DNA of 64,000 nucleotides from a virus (Duplodnaviria; Caudoviricetes): IMG/VR virus record IMGVR_UViG_3300031760_000048, positions 4,018 to 68,017 of that record; one strand, 5' to 3'. Shown piece by piece: positions 58,653 to 64,000 of this stretch (position 1 is its first letter; each line of letters starts with the position of its first letter). The notes under the pieces were generated by a model. It saw only the letters and a program-made list of their open reading frames with translations, ran no database searches and was not told where the DNA came from. The position numbers and the translations under genes were made by a program.

Positions 58653-59371
58653 TTGCTTTTACTTTGGACTTTGAGACTGGTGGTCTTAATTGTCAGGATT
58701 GTGCATGTACCCAGATAGCAATGCACGCAGTGAGAATTGACACTTTTGAAGTGCTGGACCGGTATGTAATGTATATCGCGCCGTATGCCAAGAAAGAATT
58801 TTTGGGCGGTAAGAAGACCGTCAAGAAAAAGACTGATATGGTAGAGAGCATGAAATATGAAGACCGTGCGTTGGAGTATTCGGCAATTACAATGGAAATG
58901 CTTCGTTCTCAGGGTGTAGACTTGAAAGAAGTTGCGGAAGGATGTGTAGCTTTTATGGCAAAGCATAAAACTGGTGGCAAAAACAAGGCACCGTTTCTGA
59001 TTGGACAGAACATTGTTTTTGATATTGGCTTTCTTCAGCAGCTTATGGAGTATGGCGGTCAGGCTAAGGAATACGCTAAAGTATTACGAGGCAGTATCGA
59101 TTTCTATGGCAACTTTCAGCCGACTTATGTAGACACCATTCTACTTGCGCAGTTGGCTTTTGCTAATAACCCAGATGTCACCAGCTATAAATTGGAACTT
59201 ATAGCGGAAAGACTGGGAATTGAATTGATTGATGCTCATGATGCCGATGCCGATGTAGCAGCTACTACAAATGTATGTGCAGTGCTAAGTAAGCGCATGA
59301 GAAACGAAAACGGCGGTGACGGTACGGAATTGAGCAAGGTCGAAAAGACAAGAGTTCATTTTAAAATATAA
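58628..59371 (+). CDS. DEDDh 3'-5' exonuclease (DnaQ-like proofreader)
   Basis: DFETGG, GQN..FD, HDA.AD. Confidence 0.88.
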   Translation: MANSIDSIIAFTLDFETGGLNCQDCACTQIAMHAVRIDTFEVLDRYVMYIAPYAKKEFLGGKKTVKKKTDMVESMKYEDRALEYSAITMEMLRSQGVDLKEVAEGCVAFMAKHKTGGKNKAPFLIGQNIVFDIGFLQQLMEYGGQAKEYAKVLRGSIDFYGNFQPTYVDTILLAQLAFANNPDVTSYKLELIAERLGIELIDAHDADADVAATTNVCAVLSKRMRNENGGDGTELSKVEKTRVHFKI

Positions 59372-59376
59372 TCATT

Positions 59377-59619
59377 ATGGAAGAAAAAGAGATTTCAGAA
59401 GAGCGTCAAGTGTCATTCAGAGAGATTGATGATTTGACCAGTTTTACGGTAAAAACCGAAGACGGCAAGGCATTGTTTTACATCAGTGGGTACGGTTTGA
59501 CTGTGAATTTTAACCGTGACATGCTAAACTCGGTTGAAGATGTCGAAGCAATGCTGGATGGAATTAAAGACCTTTTTAGGAAAATGGTGATGAAAAGCTT
59601 GCTTCCAGATAACAAATAA
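59377..59619 (+). CDS. hypothetical protein
   Basis: 80 aa ORF in the operon. Confidence 0.6.
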   Translation: MEEKEISEERQVSFREIDDLTSFTVKTEDGKALFYISGYGLTVNFNRDMLNSVEDVEAMLDGIKDLFRKMVMKSLLPDNK

Positions 59620-59680
59620 TGCTGGAAATATCTATTTTTAAGAAACATCGTGTAGTGCGGTGTTTCTTAATTTTTTATAT

Positions 59681-60178
59681 ATGGACAGCGAGAAGAAAGT
59701 AATATCTGGAGATGAAAGAGACTTTTGCAATCTGTTGGTTTACGGTTGCGAGCCTTTTGGTGGCGATCCTGCACGCTGCTATCAAGAAATCTTTCATGAT
59801 AAGTCGAAGTTGGCTCTGATGCACGCAAGAGAACTGCTAAATCAGCCTCATATCAAGGAGTATGTTGAAGAGCTTCGCAAGAACGCTGGCTATATGCCCG
59901 AAGAAGTTAAGGATAAGATAGCCAGCAAACTGATGGCAATAATGGATGAGTGCTCGCATGGTACATATCAAGACAGACGAGGCACAGAATTGTCACCAGC
60001 TGCTCTACGTTCAGTAGCAGTTAATGCAGCCAAAGCTTTAATGGATTTGTTCCCAGTTAAGGCTGCAAGCGAAAGTAAATTGATGATTGGCGATGGTGAA
60101 GAAGGCGGTAAGGGCGGTGTAGTTATCAATGTAATTGCTCCTCCTCCAGCTCCTGCACCTGAAGATAGAATTATTTAA
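59681..60178 (+). CDS. terminase small subunit (start at MDSEKKV)
   Basis: FC.....A..CY...A..LL..P.IKEY.EEL N-terminal HTH and A.KAL.D motif. Confidence 0.7.
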   Translation: MDSEKKVISGDERDFCNLLVYGCEPFGGDPARCYQEIFHDKSKLALMHARELLNQPHIKEYVEELRKNAGYMPEEVKDKIASKLMAIMDECSHGTYQDRRGTELSPAALRSVAVNAAKALMDLFPVKAASESKLMIGDGEEGGKGGVVINVIAPPPAPAPEDRII

Positions 60179-60191
60179 AACAACAGAAGGT

Positions 60192-60479
60192 ATGGAGAGC
60201 GTGTACACATTTGTTAACAATAACATCAAAATGGTGTCAACCATTGCAGTGTTCGGAGTAGGGATGTATGTTCAGCATGAAGTGAATAATCGTAGGATTG
60301 CAGATTTGGAACAGAGGTGCGAGCTGCTGGACAGAAAACTGGATGCACAATATAAGAAAATTGACGAGATAAAGCTTGATAAAAATGTATTTGAATATAC
60401 AGTCAAGCAAATCGCAGATATGTCCACAGACATCAGAGAAATTCGCGCCGATTTAAAAGAGGTACTGAAAAGCAAATAA
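60192..60479 (+). CDS. single-TM coiled-coil protein (holin/spanin-like; start at MESVYTF)
   Basis: one hydrophobic helix followed by a coiled coil. Confidence 0.5.
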   Translation: MESVYTFVNNNIKMVSTIAVFGVGMYVQHEVNNRRIADLEQRCELLDRKLDAQYKKIDEIKLDKNVFEYTVKQIADMSTDIREIRADLKEVLKSK

Positions 60480-60488
60480 TAACATAAC

Positions 60489-60698
60489 ATGAACAATACA
60501 GACAGATACATTAAAGTTCGCATTATTTACAGTCAAAGTCTGGAAAGTATGCGATTGGAGCAATTAGCTGGCAAAATCGGCTATATCGACACAACGGTTG
60601 AGCATCCGAAGCATGGTAAATACGTCATCATTGCAGGATTACCCAAAACGGATAATGAATGGTTTATTCCGAAAGAGTCGATTTATTACATGGGATAA
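60489..60698 (+). CDS. small hypothetical protein
   Basis: 69 aa; EWFIP motif; followed by a terminator. Confidence 0.55.
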   Translation: MNNTDRYIKVRIIYSQSLESMRLEQLAGKIGYIDTTVEHPKHGKYVIIAGLPKTDNEWFIPKESIYYMG

Positions 60699-60701
60699 AA
60701 T

Positions 60702-60732
60702 AAAGGCAGCACCATTTAAGTGCTGCCTCTTT
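60702..60732. terminator. terminator between convergent genes
   Basis: AGGCAGCAC/GTGCTGCCT stem with A/T flanks. Confidence 0.65.
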
Positions 60733-60785
60733 GTTATTCTTGCGTTTCTGCTGTATACACAAGCTTACCGCCTTTATACATTTTC

Positions 60786-60838
60786 AGAACTTTTTTGCCG
60801 TTTTTGTAGACAGCAAGAACTTTTTTGCCGTTTTTGTA
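60786..60838. repeat. 23-bp direct repeat x2 (30-bp period)
   Basis: AGAACTTTTTTGCCGTTTTTGTA at 60786 and 60816. Confidence 0.85.
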
Positions 60839-60846
60839 TATCATAG

Positions 60847-61533
60847 TTACTCCTCCTCTACAATATAGACTACATCGTTAGTTTTCAGCAGTGCCGCTTT
60901 CTGGGCAGGCGTTTTGCTTTCCCATACAGCGGAAGTGAATGTAGCGCCATCCATTTCCTGTTTAAGGCTTGCAAGTTCCAGCTTCATGCGTCGTGATGTT
61001 GGAACCTTTGCGTCGGAATCTACGAGGGCTTCATCAGTACTCATGTTTAGGACGCTGCTGCCTTCCTCGATAGTTATCATCAGAGTGTTGGCAGTAATCT
61101 CATAGTTACCGAGAGTGATTGAGTTCTTGAATTTAACAAGCTCGCCGTTAAACTCCGCACCTTTGGCAACCAGAGCTTCAACCTCTTCAGTAGTATCAAA
61201 ATACTGCATACACTTCGAGCGATTTGCCTTGAAATATTGAACATTACCGTCTTCGCCCGTTTTAGTAAACGATATTTCTGCGTTTAGCCAGCCTCGCTTC
61301 TGAAACGAGCTATGATTACCCGGAATACGAAGTTTAAGCACAGAATGATCTGTCGGCAATATTGAAATAAACTGAGGCTCAATTTCCATGTCAGGCTTTG
61401 CATTGTAGCCTAACTTTACCACCATGTTGTCCGCATCAGACAAATCGCATGGTACGATATTGTTTCCGACAAGCGATTCAAACGCCCATGTTATCGTGGC
61501 ATCATTGCCTACTACACCGAAATTAAAATCCAT
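60847..61533 (-). CDS. putative virion protein, paralogue of 61636-62469
   Basis: NFGVVGNDA..W..ESL...DLSDA...IPGNH..FQ..GW.NA...SKC.QY shared with its neighbour. Confidence 0.75.
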   Translation of the reverse strand: MDFNFGVVGNDATITWAFESLVGNNIVPCDLSDADNMVVKLGYNAKPDMEIEPQFISILPTDHSVLKLRIPGNHSSFQKRGWLNAEISFTKTGEDGNVQYFKANRSKCMQYFDTTEEVEALVAKGAEFNGELVKFKNSITLGNYEITANTLMITIEEGSSVLNMSTDEALVDSDAKVPTSRRMKLELASLKQEMDGATFTSAVWESKTPAQKAALLKTNDVVYIVEEE

Positions 61534-61635
61534 TTTGATAAAATTTTATGGTTAATCTTTTATTAAGAAATAGAAAAAATCGGCGATAAACATCACAACA
61601 ACACGGCAATTACTATTCTTTACAAAAAGAATTTT

Positions 61636-62469
61636 ATGACGCTGAACTTTGGCATCGTAGGAAACGATGCGGTGATTATATGGAGCATGGAATCGCTGTC
61701 CAACCAAGGCACCACGCCGATGGACTTAAGCGATGCTCAAGAACTTACTGTCACGCTGGGATACGGAATGACACCAGATGTCGTGATGGATGCAAGTTGT
61801 ATATCTCTTGCTTCTGAAGACCACTCTACATTAAAGATAAGAATACCCGGCAATCATCCGAAATTTCAGAGAACCGGCTGGGTAAATGCCGTAATATCAT
61901 TTGCTAAGGAAGTTGAAGGAGTAGTGCATTATTACAGAGCAACGAGAAGCAAGTGCATACAGTATTATGCCAATACGGAACAGGTCGAAGCTCTGATAGC
62001 CAAGGGAGCCGAATTTAACGGTACTGCTGCTACAGTTAAGCGCAGTGACTTGTTCGGCAATATAACAATAGAGGTTCACAAGACTTCTATTGTATTGGAA
62101 GGCGATGGCGACAATGTAGACAGAAAAGCTACGACAATAGAGGGCTTGACTGATTCTGATGATAAGTTTCCGACTTCAGGAGCGGTCAAGCAACAGCTGG
62201 ACAAGCTGGAAGATAAGATAAGACAGGGTAGTATTGCTAAAGTTGTAGTAAATCTGAACGCTGATGCGATAGAAATATATAGCATACTTCATGATTCTCC
62301 AGCCAATAGTGTGTTTATCGGCAAAATAGGCGATAATACTTACGACCTTTCAGTATCGCATATTGATAATGCGTATTTGCTGAAATATGAGACAGGTAAT
62401 ACTATCGAATATGTTTCCGTAACTCCAAGCACTAAGGAAGCATCGTACATTGAATTACTTATACAATAA
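61636..62469 (+). CDS. putative virion protein, paralogue of 60847-61533
   Basis: same shared motifs; CTATTCTT 23 nt upstream. Confidence 0.75.
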   Translation: MTLNFGIVGNDAVIIWSMESLSNQGTTPMDLSDAQELTVTLGYGMTPDVVMDASCISLASEDHSTLKIRIPGNHPKFQRTGWVNAVISFAKEVEGVVHYYRATRSKCIQYYANTEQVEALIAKGAEFNGTAATVKRSDLFGNITIEVHKTSIVLEGDGDNVDRKATTIEGLTDSDDKFPTSGAVKQQLDKLEDKIRQGSIAKVVVNLNADAIEIYSILHDSPANSVFIGKIGDNTYDLSVSHIDNAYLLKYETGNTIEYVSVTPSTKEASYIELLIQ

Positions 62470-62478
62470 TTTTACATT

Positions 62479-63468
62479 ATGCAGAGAAAACAAATTTTAA
62501 TTCCGGCATCGGGAGTGGCTGTGACTGATTACACACAGTCTAATCCGACAGCCAATGGCACCGATTTGGATACTGCACTGGCTAATCTCGCAGCTCAGGG
62601 TGGTTCTGCATCGCTGCCTAATGATATGGAGGCGGTAGCCATCGAGATTGGCGGCTTCGGAGTCGGCGATAATGTTGCAGGCATGTCTATTCCTCAGTTC
62701 CTTAACAAGCTGACTCATCCAGAGTATGCTCCTAAGTGGACCGACGCTTCCGCTTCGATTGCCGCAAAGATTGGAACCCTTGTTGAAACTGGTACAACTA
62801 TTCCAACTGTAGATGAGGAGAATTTCACTATCGGCGGTACGGCTGCAAAAGCGACTGGCGGTACAAATGTGGCAAACGGTGGAGCTGCTACAAACACCAT
62901 TACTTGTAGCACAACAGCTGGTTCTGCTAAGACAACATTCGGTTCAGTCACTTACACTCTTTCCAGAGCTTATGCTGCTGGTAATACAGCGGTTGAGACT
63001 GCAATGGGCACTGAAACAAACAAGACGGCTGGCAACACTACTACTTTGCTGTCTAAGGCAAGTGTAAACAGCAACATTGACGCAACTACAAAGTATATCA
63101 AGGCTATCACAAAGACTGCTACATGTACAGTCAATTTTGCTGATGCCTTTTATGCTAACACGGCAGCTATCGGCACAATGGGCAAGCTTGCTCTTACAAC
63201 TGCTTCTGAGTTAATTCTTGACTTCCCAGTTGCAACAGGTGATAATCGACACGCCTTCAGTATCCCAGCGTCTTATACAAATGTCGCTATATACATCTGG
63301 AACTCAGTTGCTAACGGTGGTGAGTGGCAGTTGTATACAGGAACATTTGCTCAGTCAAGTGAGACTAAGACTCTGGCAGACGGCAAAACTACAAAGTCGT
63401 ACACAAAGTACACAAGAGATGTTAACGGTCCAGCGACCAAGTTTAAAATAACTTTTACAAAGGCATAA
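62479..63468 (+). CDS. Thr/Ala-rich beta-structured virion protein
   Basis: 329 aa; Ig-like composition; FSIPASY motif. Confidence 0.65.
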   Translation: MQRKQILIPASGVAVTDYTQSNPTANGTDLDTALANLAAQGGSASLPNDMEAVAIEIGGFGVGDNVAGMSIPQFLNKLTHPEYAPKWTDASASIAAKIGTLVETGTTIPTVDEENFTIGGTAAKATGGTNVANGGAATNTITCSTTAGSAKTTFGSVTYTLSRAYAAGNTAVETAMGTETNKTAGNTTTLLSKASVNSNIDATTKYIKAITKTATCTVNFADAFYANTAAIGTMGKLALTTASELILDFPVATGDNRHAFSIPASYTNVAIYIWNSVANGGEWQLYTGTFAQSSETKTLADGKTTKSYTKYTRDVNGPATKFKITFTKA

Positions 63469-63471
63469 ATT

Positions 63472-64000
63472 ATGGCAAATCAGGCATATAACGGACAGCC
63501 AGTAAACATTTCGTTTGATTACGAAGGTGAAGGAACGCTGGATTCCAAATTGGTTCAGCTCTCAGAATCGGCGGCAAAAGACCCGACAACGTGGTTAAAG
63601 AATGGTATCTACCGTATCGGTACTGGACAGCCTGTTTTTACACAGGATGGCAAGATTATTCTTTATATCGGTCGTAAAGGCAATGCAACAGACATCGCAG
63701 ACGATACCAAGTGGATTAAGTTCACATCTACGGCAGATGTTCAGACAGCAATTCAGACAGTCCCTGCGGTGGTAGAGGAAGACATCACCGCCAATGTGGA
63801 CTGCGGAGCAATCAAGCCCGGCGACAAGGTAGAGGAAGACACCACGCTCACCGAACTGGTGCAGCAGTTGCTCGTGTCGGACAATCCGCAGCAGCTCACG
63901 CTGCTCATGTCGATAGACTTCACATACTACAGCACCGCGCGCTACATCAACACCGAGCGGCAGAAGATAACGGCGGTGAAGCTAATCAACACGGGCGAGG
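63472..64000 (+). CDS. putative virion/fibre protein, truncated by the window edge
   Basis: open frame MANQAYNGQPVNISFDYEGEGTLDSK... to the window end. Confidence 0.65.
   Translation, partial: MANQAYNGQPVNISFDYEGEGTLDSKLVQLSESAAKDPTTWLKNGIYRIGTGQPVFTQDGKIILYIGRKGNATDIADDTKWIKFTSTADVQTAIQTVPAVVEEDITANVDCGAIKPGDKVEEDTTLTELVQQLLVSDNPQQLTLLMSIDFTYYSTARYINTERQKITAVKLINTGE

Noticed and set aside
1-64000. Stop-codon reassignment as in some gut phages
   Set aside because: Genes are full length and densely packed under the standard bacterial code.

Overview
A 64 kb segment of a large Bacteroidota (Prevotella/Bacteroides-type) contractile-tailed phage or phage-like element; the host group is inferred from TTTG-N18-20-TAnnTTTG promoters and DUF4494/DUF2586-type genes. 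Layout: (1) 1-4.8 kb, leftward small 'early' genes separated by structured, tRNA-like leaders. (2) 4.8-7.6 kb, a long non-coding region with palindromes, IHF-like boxes and an abrupt compositional switch. (3) 7.6-15 kb, a leftward block: putative initiator next to a 13-copy palindromic repeat array, lysozyme-like protein, DUF2400-like protein, compact tyrosine recombinase, dUTPase. (4) 15.2-43.2 kb, a rightward Mu-like head plus contractile tail/baseplate/fibre module whose units share a CTATTCTT promoter-like motif. (5) 43.3-59.6 kb, replication/recombination genes: SSB, SbcCD, RuvC, ECF sigma, DnaB, primase, DnaE, Pif1-like helicase, kinase, DEDDh exonuclease. (6) 59.7-64 kb, small terminase, membrane protein and further virion genes. 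Strongest observations: DnaE is split at its catalytic motif by a Pif1-like helicase gene, and each half carries an apparently splicing-dead half of an intein (Hint) domain; a textbook -1 frameshift signal would fuse the portal to the MuF head protein; and anticodon-less tRNA-mimic and pseudoknot elements with compensatory base changes sit between early genes. All functional calls come from motif recognition by eye; no database searches were run.
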